Below are positions 1-9,191 of a DNA stretch of 64,000 nucleotides, one piece after another. The notes under the pieces are model-generated. The model did no database searches and was not told where the DNA came from. It worked only from the letters and a program-made list of their open reading frames with translations. The stretch is from an uncultured Ruminococcus sp. (lineage in GTDB: Bacteria > Bacillota > Clostridia > Oscillospirales > Acutalibacteraceae). Position 1 is the first letter of the stretch, and each line of letters begins with the position of its first letter. The DNA is taken from NCBI GenBank assembly GCA_902765855.1, contig CACXBF010000002.1, positions 216,225-280,224 on the forward strand. Direction: 5' to 3'. The translations under genes and the position numbers were made by a program.

Positions 1-132
1 TTTTTCAGCAGAAAGCTCCTCAGCTTCACCGATAGTCTTTGAAAAGGCATAGACTTTAAGAAAATGTCCGACTCGCTTAGGGTCGCCCGAAAAATATTCG
101 GTCATTGCTGAAATTACTTTAGTTATGTTCAT
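1..132 (-). CDS. HD-domain phosphohydrolase, N-terminal 44 codons only (gene runs off the window start)
   Basis: Reverse-strand ATG at 130..132 preceded by AGGAGAAAGG RBS. Translation MNITKVISAMTEYFSGDPKRVGHFLKVYAFSKTIGEAEELSAEK resembles N-termini of HD-domain proteins (H..KV motif). Below the ORF-track length cut-off. Confidence 0.45.
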   Translation of the reverse strand, partial: MNITKVISAMTEYFSGDPKRVGHFLKVYAFSKTIGEAEELSAEK

Positions 133-215
133 TAGCCTTTCTCCTTAGATTAACAAAAGTAATAATTGCTAATGATTATGTTTCATTATTATCACCCTTA
201 ATTAAAAACAAGAAA

Positions 216-1331
216 TCACCAACCCCATTCACTAAGTTCAGAACTATTCCAATAATATCCATTATCACCCCAACACCAACCAGAAATCCTATCTTTACAA
301 TTCCAACTATCTGGATTGCCATTACTATCATACCAAACTATACAATTTAATTCATAAGCACTGCCTACGCAATCAGGTATAGTTATTGTTCTTTGAATAC
401 CTCTATTTACAAAATTAAATTTTCTACTTGCTTTTACATTAGGACGAGTATCATTTTTGTATTCATTAATAATCCATCTTACTCCATTACTTTGACTTGA
501 AGATTCTGGTTTACTACTTTCTGATTTACTGCTTGTTGAAGGCTTACTACTTACAGGCTTACTGACAGGTTTATCAACTTTACTACTAATAGTAGGTTTA
601 CTTGATTCTTCATATTTTGAATTTTCTTGATAACTGTTATTTTCATCAGCTGGTTGATGACTTTCGCTGTTACTATTTTCATAGTTATTATTGCTGCTTG
701 AACTGCTTTCTGATTTACTGCTTGCAGGCTTTTTAGAACTTTCGGTTTTACTACTTGTTGGTTTAGAGCTTTCTGATTTTGAACTACTATTATCATTATT
801 TTTTATAAATTTATCATATGAAATAATAAGCTTATCTATATTATCTTGATAAGTTTTTATTTCATCTTCAGTAAAGATAATGTCTTTATTTTTTACAATA
901 GAAGATAAAATTGAACTAAGCTTTTCTTTTGCATTCTTTAAGGTGTTATTGTTCAATTTAATATTCTTATTATTTACATCAAATGTATAAACCTTAATTT
1001 GCTTATCAAAATCATCTTTAAAATATTTCCTCATAGTATTTAAAAGATTTTTGGCAGAATTGTTGCTTTCAATATTGCTTACATTATCATAAAAATCTTT
1101 TAGCACACTATATTTTTGATTATAATTTTTAGCTTCATTAAATTTCTTTTCAAACTCATCTAAATCAATTTGTTTTGAAATTTCGCTTACATCAGAATTA
1201 GAAATGCTTGTACTACTGCTGACATTACTAATTTCACTTTGAGTATTTGTCGTAGTTTCATTGCCACTGCAACCTGCTAAAACAAAGCAAGTTGACAACA
1301 TAATCGCAAATAAAATCTTTACATTTTTCAT
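216..1331 (-). CDS. Secreted lipoprotein with Ser/Lys-rich low-complexity linker and Cys/Trp-rich C-terminal domain
   Basis: Signal peptide ending in lipobox LAGC. Long SSKSESSKP-type repetitive segment. The last ~95 aa are rich in W, C, N and G. No family recognised. Confidence 0.7.
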   Translation of the reverse strand: MKNVKILFAIMLSTCFVLAGCSGNETTTNTQSEISNVSSSTSISNSDVSEISKQIDLDEFEKKFNEAKNYNQKYSVLKDFYDNVSNIESNNSAKNLLNTMRKYFKDDFDKQIKVYTFDVNNKNIKLNNNTLKNAKEKLSSILSSIVKNKDIIFTEDEIKTYQDNIDKLIISYDKFIKNNDNSSSKSESSKPTSSKTESSKKPASSKSESSSSSNNNYENSNSESHQPADENNSYQENSKYEESSKPTISSKVDKPVSKPVSSKPSTSSKSESSKPESSSQSNGVRWIINEYKNDTRPNVKASRKFNFVNRGIQRTITIPDCVGSAYELNCIVWYDSNGNPDSWNCKDRISGWCWGDNGYYWNSSELSEWGW

Positions 1332-1386
1332 AATTAATTCTCCTTTAATAAATTTTAAAGCTTAAAATCATTGCTGTTTATATTTT

Positions 1387-2319
1387 TTATTTAACCCTCC
1401 TCAGATTAACAAAGACAATGCCCGCAGTTACGAGCAATATAGAAATCAGATTAGGGATAGTGAAAATATTCTCTCCAAGTACAATCCCCGAAGTAATCGT
1501 ACCAAAAACAGGAATCATAAGCGTAAAGGTGCTTATGATGCTTACATCATTATGTTTGAGTAAAACAGTCCATATAGCAAAGGATACACTTGAAATCAGT
1601 GAAAGATACGCCATAACTATGAAACAATCAAGCGAAGTGAAAGCAATTCCGCCTGAGAAAATCATACCAATGATAATCAGCAAACCTCCGCCGATAGTAA
1701 GCTGTGCCGCCGAAACAAAAACAGGGTCAGAATCTTTTGAAATCTTTTTTGCAAAAATATTGCCCAAAGCACCACAAAGATTAGATAGAAATAAAAAGCT
1801 GTCACCTATAAGAGAAAATTCCCCAATAGAATTTCCGCCACCAAGATTTATAAGAACAATACCACAAAAGCCTATGCAACAGCCAATAAGCTTTTTAGCT
1901 GTAATCTTATCGCCCTTAAAGAAAAGCGGTGCAAGTAAAACTCCCAAAAAAGCCGAAAATGAAGTATATATCGAGGATTTAGTTCCGGTAACAAAGATAA
2001 GAGCAACATAGAGAAAAATATACTGCAATGCTGTCTGCATTATTCCGAGTGAGGTCATTTTTATAAGCTCTCTTGGTTTAGGAATGAAAAATTTCTTTCT
2101 CATTATTGTAAGAGCAATATAGACAACCACTCCAGCCGAAAAAAATCTTACTCCCGCAAAGACAAGCATAGAGAGAATATCATTACTTTCTATTGAGAAT
2201 ATTTTATATCCTTGCTTAATTGCCGCAAAAGCAGTTCCCCATAGAGCGGTACAAAGCAGAGCTAAAAGTGTAACAACAAGTTTGTTTTTCAGAAGATTAT
2301 TCTTCAATGTTGTCAGCAC
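1387..2319 (-). CDS. EamA/DMT-family permease
   Basis: About 10 predicted TM helices in two halves, typical drug/metabolite transporter composition. GTG start overlaps the upstream gene by 23 nt. Confidence 0.8.
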   Translation of the reverse strand: MLTTLKNNLLKNKLVVTLLALLCTALWGTAFAAIKQGYKIFSIESNDILSMLVFAGVRFFSAGVVVYIALTIMRKKFFIPKPRELIKMTSLGIMQTALQYIFLYVALIFVTGTKSSIYTSFSAFLGVLLAPLFFKGDKITAKKLIGCCIGFCGIVLINLGGGNSIGEFSLIGDSFLFLSNLCGALGNIFAKKISKDSDPVFVSAAQLTIGGGLLIIIGMIFSGGIAFTSLDCFIVMAYLSLISSVSFAIWTVLLKHNDVSIISTFTLMIPVFGTITSGIVLGENIFTIPNLISILLVTAGIVFVNLRRVK

Positions 2320-2875
2320 CCGATTTCTTTAGCATTTCTGAGATATTTTCTCTTTCAGCTTTAAGTTCATCAGCTTTTTCACGCTCATTAAAAAGTTCAG
2401 CCTTTATGATTTTTTCATCATAAAGCCTTACAAGCATAGAAAGCAAAAAGCTATCATTGTTATATTTTGAAATTTTTTCAGATAGAATATCAAAAGCCTT
2501 CTCAAACTCAGCGTATTCCTCAAGAGCGGATATGTATAATCTCATAGATTCAGCATTGAGATTTTCAGCATCAATGCCATCAAGCAAAGTATGACCGTCA
2601 CGCCTTTCTCCACGCCTGTTCATAAGCATAGTTCTGAGTATAGTAAGCTCGTCCTTGCACTCTGAATTATCAGTATCAAGAATATGTCTTTCAGCCCGTT
2701 CGATATCATTTATTCTTATTAAAAATTCAATACATAGAAGTCTTGTAGGAGTTTCATAACTGATAAAGGCACAGCAATCATTGAGATATAGCTCAAGATA
2801 TTTAGGGCATCTTCTTGTTTCAGAAGCTATAAAAAGCTTTTGCTTAACAAGTTCTAAAGTTTGTTGTTTATCCAT
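2297..2875 (-). CDS. Hypothetical all-helical protein (TPR-like), co-transcribed with the SUFU/DUF2185 gene
   Basis: 192-aa ORF, 25 nt downstream of 2901..4322 and overlapping the EamA start. No recognisable catalytic motif. Confidence 0.55.
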   Translation of the reverse strand: MDKQQTLELVKQKLFIASETRRCPKYLELYLNDCCAFISYETPTRLLCIEFLIRINDIERAERHILDTDNSECKDELTILRTMLMNRRGERRDGHTLLDGIDAENLNAESMRLYISALEEYAEFEKAFDILSEKISKYNNDSFLLSMLVRLYDEKIIKAELFNEREKADELKAERENISEMLKKSGADNIEE

Positions 2876-2900
2876 TTAATTTTCCTTTCTAAATAAGGGC

Positions 2901-4322
2901 TTATCTCTCAAACTTGACAAATTCACCATTTTTATTTCTGATAAACATAGAGCCATATGGTTCATCAATGAATTTAAGAATACTTGGTTCATAATTGCAA
3001 AGAGTATTAAGATGATATATTCCAGCCTTGCTTGTATCATTCATATATTCATCATCTTCATCACCGGCCATAAATCTCCAGCCACTATCCTGATTATCAA
3101 GAGGTTTTTCACGATACATAAATCCGATTTCAGCACCGTCTACAATTATTCTGTCCGTAGCAAAACAACCAGTATGTGAATCTTCCGTTTCAAATAAGTC
3201 TTTCATCATTGATTTTGGAATTTTATATTTTTTGCGTCTTTTTTCGCAGAAATTTTTTCTGTTAATATCAAGAACAGGGTTTAATTCTCCAATAAGATTA
3301 AATAAATCGTCTGCACAGGTATCAATTTTATAGTTCATTTCTTCTTCATATAAAAGATATATCTGATAAAAACAAACCTTTTCACCATTCGGAAGTTCTA
3401 AAACATTATCCTCCATTAAAGGCGAATCGCCAAGAATAACACCCGAAAGTTCAGTGTTATCAAAATACGGTTCTCCGTTTGAGATTGTATGCCCCCAACC
3501 AAGCCAAGAATCTTCAAATATAGGAAGATGTGCAAGAGATTTCATAAGTCTTAGCGGCCAGAACCATTTTTCATTTGAGCTTTTAACATGCCAGTTTTTT
3601 GGCAAGCATAAAACAAGCTCAGCTCTGTCGTAAAATTCGCCATCCGGAACATTCATTTTGTGAGCTCCCATTCCACAGGTTACGAGCGTATAGAAATCGT
3701 GTTCATCATTTGGTGGAATAAGCAAAAGGTCACAGCTTATATCAGTAGTTGAAACATCACGCAGAACATTATTATATTCGCCTATATTGTTTTCAATAAA
3801 CATTTCGAGGCTTACGGCGTCTTCTTCAGAATAAGTTTCAGCTACCGTATTTTGAGAATTAAAATACGAATCATATAATTCTTTGTCTAAAGCTTCAAGC
3901 TTTTGAGAATATTCAGAAAAAAGTTCTTCATTACCATATTCAGATGTAGCAAAACAAAGAAAAAGCAAAGTATCTATATCCTTTGGGTCTATTTCGTGAG
4001 TTTTTTCAAAGCAAGGGATAGCTTCTTCGTAATTTCCACTATGATAATAACTTATACCAAGATAGAAATAATATTTAGCAATTTCTTCTTCGTTATCATC
4101 AGGCTCAATAGACTCTAAAAGTTCAATGGCGTCATCATATCTATCCAAACTAAAATAAGCACCTGATAATAGTACATTAAGTTCATAAGGTCTGTCATTT
4201 TCGGGAATTTCTGTTATTACATCAATAATTTTTTCAAATTCCTCATCGTGATTCAAGACTTCAATTTTGTCGAGAAATTCTCTATATTGATTGTCGTCTG
4301 TGAAATATTGATTATCCTTCAT
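2901..4322 (-). CDS. TPR repeats + SUFU-like domain + DUF2185 (Imm33-like) domain fusion protein
   Basis: N-terminal TPR-like repeats (YYFYLGISYYHSGNYEEAIPCFEK). Middle block LVTCGMGAHKM...WFWPLRLMKSLAHLP...WLGWGHT resembles bacterial suppressor-of-fused domains. C-terminal IVDGAEIGFMYREKP..DSGWRFMAGDEDDEY matches the DUF2185 DSGW signature. Confidence 0.65.
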   Translation of the reverse strand: MKDNQYFTDDNQYREFLDKIEVLNHDEEFEKIIDVITEIPENDRPYELNVLLSGAYFSLDRYDDAIELLESIEPDDNEEEIAKYYFYLGISYYHSGNYEEAIPCFEKTHEIDPKDIDTLLFLCFATSEYGNEELFSEYSQKLEALDKELYDSYFNSQNTVAETYSEEDAVSLEMFIENNIGEYNNVLRDVSTTDISCDLLLIPPNDEHDFYTLVTCGMGAHKMNVPDGEFYDRAELVLCLPKNWHVKSSNEKWFWPLRLMKSLAHLPIFEDSWLGWGHTISNGEPYFDNTELSGVILGDSPLMEDNVLELPNGEKVCFYQIYLLYEEEMNYKIDTCADDLFNLIGELNPVLDINRKNFCEKRRKKYKIPKSMMKDLFETEDSHTGCFATDRIIVDGAEIGFMYREKPLDNQDSGWRFMAGDEDDEYMNDTSKAGIYHLNTLCNYEPSILKFIDEPYGSMFIRNKNGEFVKFER

Positions 4323-4526
4323 AAAATCATTCCTTGCCTAATTACAAAATAAAATAATTTTTGAATATAAGTAATTATAGCATTGAGATTGAAAAGTGTC
4401 AACGAATAGCTAAAAAAGCGGCGTATGACCGCACAGGACAAGACACGGAATCGCTCGGCGTTGCCTCGCTCGTAGTGAGTATATGAAATTTACTCACGCG
4501 GAGGACTAAACTACAGATTAGTTTAC

Positions 4527-4639
4527 CAACTTATCTAAGACAACTAAAAGTTTTGCTCAAGCTTTTTCAAAGGCTCGCAGTTTCTAAAAGCAGAGCCTTT
4601 GGTCACTCTCCACAAAGAGCGAAATTCTTTATGCTCCTC
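4527..4639. repeat. Dispersed intergenic repeat, copy A (partner at 44108..44220)
   Basis: About 113 nt aligns by eye at roughly three-quarters identity, same orientation, with 44108..44220. Shared blocks are CAACTTAT, GACAAyTAAAAGTTT, GCTCrAGC, AAAGGCTC and AGAGCGAmATTCTkTATGCTyCTC. No ORF. Locally GC-richer than the surroundings. Confidence 0.55.
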
Positions 4640-4871
4640 AAAGCACAAGAGAGTAGAAAAACATTTCAAGAAAATGTTTTTCGTAGGGGACTCTCACAGG
4701 AGGTTCCCTGAAAAATAATCGTGAATAATAACTTTGAATTTAATGGCTTTTAGAAAATTTTGCAAAATTATTACATTTTTTCGTATTATTTAATCTTCAA
4801 ACGGGTTTAAACAATTTTACATTTATGTTATAATTTTTAAATAAGAAATTGATTTTAAAGGAAGAAATTCG

Positions 4872-5531
4872 ATGATAAAATTGCTTATAGTCGAGGACGA
4901 TAAGAATATAGTAAAAATGCTTGAGGCAACTGTTTCAATAGCCGGTTATGAAAGTGATTCTTGCTATGACGGAAAAACTGCTATTGAGAAAATAAACGAG
5001 AACGATTATGATTTAATTTTGCTTGATGTAATGTTACCAAATTTCAATGGTTTTCAAATTATGGAATACATAGACACAGAAAAAACTCCCGTAATATTTC
5101 TCACAGCCTTGCAAGATGTTACAGATAAGGTAAAAGGCTTAAAGCTTGGGGCGGAAGACTATATAGTTAAGCCATTCGAGGCGGTAGAACTTCTTGCAAG
5201 GATTGAAGTTATACTAAGACGCAGACACAAAAACAACAATATAATAAAATATGGCGATATAACGGTAGACATTTCACGCCACATAATAAAGAAACATGGA
5301 GTAGAAATTCAGCTTACGCCAAAGGAATTTGAGCTTACACTATTCTTTATGCAAAATCTTGATATAGCTCTTACAAGAGAACGCCTGATTTCAGCAGTAT
5401 GGGGTTATGAATATATGGGTGAAACCAGAACAGTAGATACTCATGTTCAGCAAATCCGTAAAAAACTTGGCTTGCAGGATTCTCTCATAACTGTTCCGAA
5501 ACTTGGATATAGGCTTGAAAGTAAATCATAA
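4872..5531 (+). CDS. OmpR/PhoB-family response regulator
   Basis: Receiver domain (LIVEDD, LLDVMLP) plus winged-helix output (TVDTHVQQIRKKL). AGGAAG RBS upstream. Confidence 0.9.
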   Translation: MIKLLIVEDDKNIVKMLEATVSIAGYESDSCYDGKTAIEKINENDYDLILLDVMLPNFNGFQIMEYIDTEKTPVIFLTALQDVTDKVKGLKLGAEDYIVKPFEAVELLARIEVILRRRHKNNNIIKYGDITVDISRHIIKKHGVEIQLTPKEFELTLFFMQNLDIALTRERLISAVWGYEYMGETRTVDTHVQQIRKKLGLQDSLITVPKLGYRLESKS

Positions 5532-5546
5532 TCAGAGGTGAACTAA

Positions 5547-6983
5547 TTGAAGCTATGGTTTAAGGTATTTATTTCGGCTTTGTTTCTTGTAATTGCCGCT
5601 ATAAATGCCACAGCATTAGTAGTTCTTTCAAATAATCAGCATATGACAATAACTCGTGAGAGAAGTCGTGCAGTATCCTCACACGAGTTTATTTGTGCAT
5701 CAATCAGTAATAATATAACCTATCAAAGAATGAAATCAGAAGCCTTTATGCTTTCTAAAGATGATATAGATAAAGTTATCGAGCATATACTTTCCCAACA
5801 GCTTGAAGAAAATGCTCTTGCGATAATATCAGATAACGAAAATAATATATCCTATTACGGCTAAGAAAAGCCTGATATAAAAACACTTTCTGAAAGAATT
5901 ACAAGCGAAGACAATCTCGCTTCAATAATATTGGATTGCGGCGAGAATACATATATGTTTGTCGGTTCAATATCAAGCTTTGAAGGTAAGGAATATAAAG
6001 TTTTTACGGCTAATAATATCACCGAAGTTTATAATGAAAGAAATAAGGAATTGTTTTTTGTGCAGATTATTTCGGTTGTTTTGGCAGCAGTGATTGCGGT
6101 AATCTTACTTTTACTTATAAAATTACTTTTCAGACCTCTTGGCAGAATCAATAAAACCATCAATAAAATAGCCGGAGGAGATTATAGCCTTAGAATAATT
6201 GCAAGTGGCAGCGAAGAATTTCAACAACTTGCAAATAATGTAAATTCTATGGCTGTTTCTGTTGAGGAAAATTATAACAGAATAGAATCAATAGCCGAAG
6301 ATAGAAAACGCTTTATAGACAGTCTTTCTCACGAAATGAAAACCCCATTGACATCTATACTTGGTTTTGCGGATATTTTAAGGATAAAGAAAAATGTAAC
6401 CCCAGCTGAGCTTAATGAATATTCATCTATTATAGTAGAGGAATCAAAGCGTTTAAAAGCTCTTTCGGGTAAGCTTATGGAGCTTGTTTCCTCCGGAGAT
6501 TCCAAGCTTGAACTAAGTCCGGTCAGAACAGATGCAATATTGAACGAACTTAGTATAGTATTTGAGCCTATGATGAAAGCTAAGTCTATAACACTTTTTA
6601 CTTATAGTGAGCCTTTAATAATAAATGTAGATGCAGATTTATTTAAATCAGTAATATATAACTTTGTAGATAATGCAGTTAAAGCGTCATTTGAGGGAGG
6701 AAAGATTGAGCTTACTTGTCGTAGTGAGGGAGAGTATGCTGTAATTACAGTGCGTGATTATGGTATGGGAATAGCCGAGGAAGATAAAAAGCGAATTTTT
6801 GAACCGTTTTATATGGCAGATAAAGTCCGTTCAAGAAAACTTGGCGGAGCAGGCTTAGGACTTGCTCTGTGTGCAGAGATTGCTAAAAAACATAATGCAA
6901 AAATAGAGCTTGAAAGTGAACTTGGTAAAGGCACTACTATAAGTATACGTATAAAGCAAAGTGGGGGTAAAATCAATGGGTAA
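5547..6983 (+). pseudogene. Sensor histidine kinase interrupted by one in-frame TAA (5862..5864)
   Basis: ORFs 5547..5864 and 5931..6983 are in the same frame. Codons 5865..5930 read through cleanly (EKPDIKTLSERITSEDNLASII). The N-terminal TM and sensor part, then TM, HAMP (RPLGRINKTINKIAGGD), H-box (SHEMKTPLTSI) and HATPase (GGAGLGLAL) together make one normal kinase. Confidence 0.8.
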
Positions 6984-8010
6984 ATTAAAAAAATTCATAC
7001 TACCGACCTTGCTTTTAACGCTTGCTATGGGAGCGGAAATAACAGGTATAATCCTTTGCGGAAAAATGTTGCCTGATTATAAAAATGAAATTTTCACCGA
7101 GGAAAAGAAAAATATAACACAGCTTATTTTTGTAGATGATGGAGATAATTCTCGCTTTTATCCGTGGCTCTCATATCGTGAAGATGAATTGATTTCCGCA
7201 CCATCATATATTACAAGTCACATTTATGACCAAAGCTTAGATACGTTTGCAAATGGTTTGGGTGATGATAGATATAATTATGACGATGAAGCATTGAAAA
7301 AGATTATGTTGGAGAACATTAATAAGATGATATTTTATGTTATTCAAACTCTTGATATAAATAATATTCCAAAAGAAAATACAGATTTTTCTCAAAATGT
7401 TGAATTTGACAATAATGCATCAATTATGCATATAAAAGATTTCAAATATACAAACCAAAATAATAAAGTAAAGCTTTTAGATTTAGTTGTGAAATTAGGA
7501 GATAACAGTATCTTATATTTCAGAGTAAGAAGTGAAAATCCACCTAAACCAGATTCTCAAGAAATAAATCAAAAAAGCAAAGAAATTTCAGAAGATGTGT
7601 GTTCTATCATAGATTACTTAACGAAACCTATGGAATCGCAATATTCTGAATTAGCACTCACAGATATGTATTTTTCTGAACAAAACGAATATGAAGAAGA
7701 TGTTGCCGAACAACCCTTAGAGAGTAATATAATATATGATTATATATCATCAATTTATATGCCTGAAATGTATATAGATAACGGAAATTATGTTTTTTCA
7801 ACAATAGCCGATGATAAGTTTGCGTTTCCAATAAGAGTAGTTATTTCATCAATGATTTCAAACTCACAATATACAGTTTTTTCTAATGGAGATGAACTGA
7901 TACTTGTTTTAAGTGGAAATGACAACACTTCAAAATATTCAGATACGATTTTATATTACAGCATAAGCGATAAGAAAATTACAGGTTTTAGTATGAGAAG
8001 CACATTTTAA
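6976..8010 (+). CDS. Membrane-anchored hypothetical protein downstream of the two-component system
   Basis: ATG at 6976 overlaps the kinase stop (ATGGGTAA). One N-terminal TM helix, then a ~310-aa Asn/Asp/Ile-rich extracytoplasmic region. No family recognised. Confidence 0.6.
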   Translation: MGKLKKFILPTLLLTLAMGAEITGIILCGKMLPDYKNEIFTEEKKNITQLIFVDDGDNSRFYPWLSYREDELISAPSYITSHIYDQSLDTFANGLGDDRYNYDDEALKKIMLENINKMIFYVIQTLDINNIPKENTDFSQNVEFDNNASIMHIKDFKYTNQNNKVKLLDLVVKLGDNSILYFRVRSENPPKPDSQEINQKSKEISEDVCSIIDYLTKPMESQYSELALTDMYFSEQNEYEEDVAEQPLESNIIYDYISSIYMPEMYIDNGNYVFSTIADDKFAFPIRVVISSMISNSQYTVFSNGDELILVLSGNDNTSKYSDTILYYSISDKKITGFSMRSTF

Positions 8011-8046
8011 CAACTTTCTTACAAAAAACAGAATACTCTGTAACAG

Positions 8047-8090
8047 CTCCTGCATTATATTTGATTTATTAAGATAATGCAGGAGTTTTT
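8047..8090 (+). terminator. Intrinsic terminator
   Basis: Perfect 12-bp stem CTCCTGCATTAT / ATAATGCAGGAG followed by TTTTT. Confidence 0.8.
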
Positions 8091-8107
8091 ATGGAGGAAT
8101 TTCAAAA

Positions 8108-9127
8108 ATGAAACAATATATGTCGGAATATGAAAAATTTGTGTTTTTAAATAGTTCGGGTAGCTTTACACAATCTGAAAATTGGTGCAAAATAAAAAAC
8201 GAATGGCAGTCTGAGAGAATAATAATTCGTGATAAGAGCGGAAATATTTTAGGTACTATGCAAATTCTGATTAGGAATGTTCCGCTTATGAATACAGTTT
8301 TTATGTATGCACCAAGAGGTCCTGTGTGCGATTATCATAATTTCGATGTACTTAATAAAATTGTTGAGCAAGCAAAGCTTCTTGCAGAAAAACATAAAGC
8401 ATATATGCTTAAAATTGACCCTATGATTTCATATGATGATGTTGAATCCATAGAAAATTTAAAACGCTTGGGCTTTGAATATAACGCTGATACACCAGAA
8501 GATAATACAATTCAGTGCCAGCGTAACTATATACTTGATATTAAAAATAGAAATGAAGATGAAGTTTTTTCATCATTCCATTCAAAATGGAGATATAATA
8601 TAAGACTTGCCCTTCGCAAAGGTGTTTCTTGTAAATATTATGGGGCAGAAAAGCTTGATGATTTTTGTAAACTTATGCAAGCAACAGGAAAACGAGATGG
8701 CTTTGCTATTCGCTCTAAGGAATATTTTGAGAAATTTTTCTCTGCCTTTGGAGAAAATACCAGACTTTATATGTGCTATGCTCCTGATGGTGAAGCGATT
8801 TCAGGAGCATTAACAGTAAGATATGGCAATAGAGTCAGCTATGTTTATGGAGCATCAAGTGATAATCAAAGAAATCTTATGCCGAATTATCTAATGCAAT
8901 GGAACATGATGAAATGGGCTATTGAATCAAAGTGTGATATATATGATTTTATGGGTATACCACATTGCGATGAAGAAAATCACTCCAATTACGGAGTATA
9001 TCGTTTCAAAAAGGGCTTTAATGGTGAGATTATAAAGTACGCTGGTGAATTTGATTATATTTTTTCAAATGTAAAGCATACAGTAATTTCGTTTTTATTA
9101 CATTCCATAGGCTATAAAAAGCTATAA
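8108..9127 (+). CDS. FemAB-family peptidoglycan interpeptide-bridge aminoacyltransferase
   Basis: 339 aa. The N-terminal FLNSSGSFTQSENW...FMYAPRGPV pattern and length are typical of the FemX/FemAB (lipid II aminoacyl transferase) family. Confidence 0.8.
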   Translation: MKQYMSEYEKFVFLNSSGSFTQSENWCKIKNEWQSERIIIRDKSGNILGTMQILIRNVPLMNTVFMYAPRGPVCDYHNFDVLNKIVEQAKLLAEKHKAYMLKIDPMISYDDVESIENLKRLGFEYNADTPEDNTIQCQRNYILDIKNRNEDEVFSSFHSKWRYNIRLALRKGVSCKYYGAEKLDDFCKLMQATGKRDGFAIRSKEYFEKFFSAFGENTRLYMCYAPDGEAISGALTVRYGNRVSYVYGASSDNQRNLMPNYLMQWNMMKWAIESKCDIYDFMGIPHCDEENHSNYGVYRFKKGFNGEIIKYAGEFDYIFSNVKHTVISFLLHSIGYKKL

Positions 9128-9134
9128 TTCAATC

Positions 9135-9168
9135 AAAAATCCCCGAAGAATAACTTCGGGGATTTTTT
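9135..9168. terminator. Bidirectional intrinsic terminator between convergent genes
   Basis: Stem ATCCCCGAAG / CTTCGGGGAT with loop AATAA, flanked by an A-run upstream and a T-run downstream. Confidence 0.85.
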
Positions 9169-9191
9169 ACATTTAGAAACAAGTATCAAGA

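Noticed and set aside
31-60. A 12-nt match (CTTTGAAAAGGC) to the dispersed repeat, as a possible third copy.
   Set aside because: It lies inside the HD-domain coding sequence, the similarity does not extend beyond the 12-mer, and it is compatible with chance in AT-rich DNA.
551-796. 81-aa alternative-frame ORF within the lipoprotein gene.
   Set aside because: It is an artefact of the low-complexity Ser-codon repeat region, on the same strand but in a different frame from a well-supported lipoprotein ORF.
1418-2011. 197-aa plus-strand ORF antisense to the EamA gene. Similar antisense or shadow ORFs occur at 28040..28570, 28808..29269, 41493..42029, 53765..54391, 60371..60724 and 62746..63042.
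   Set aside because: All lie fully inside longer ORFs with clear family signatures on the opposite strand. They lack RBS and recognisable motifs, and have the skewed composition typical of shadow frames.
4756-4769. 14-nt palindrome AATTTTGCAAAATT upstream of the first response regulator gene.
   Set aside because: It is a short, almost pure A/T palindrome in AT-rich DNA and cannot be distinguished from chance.
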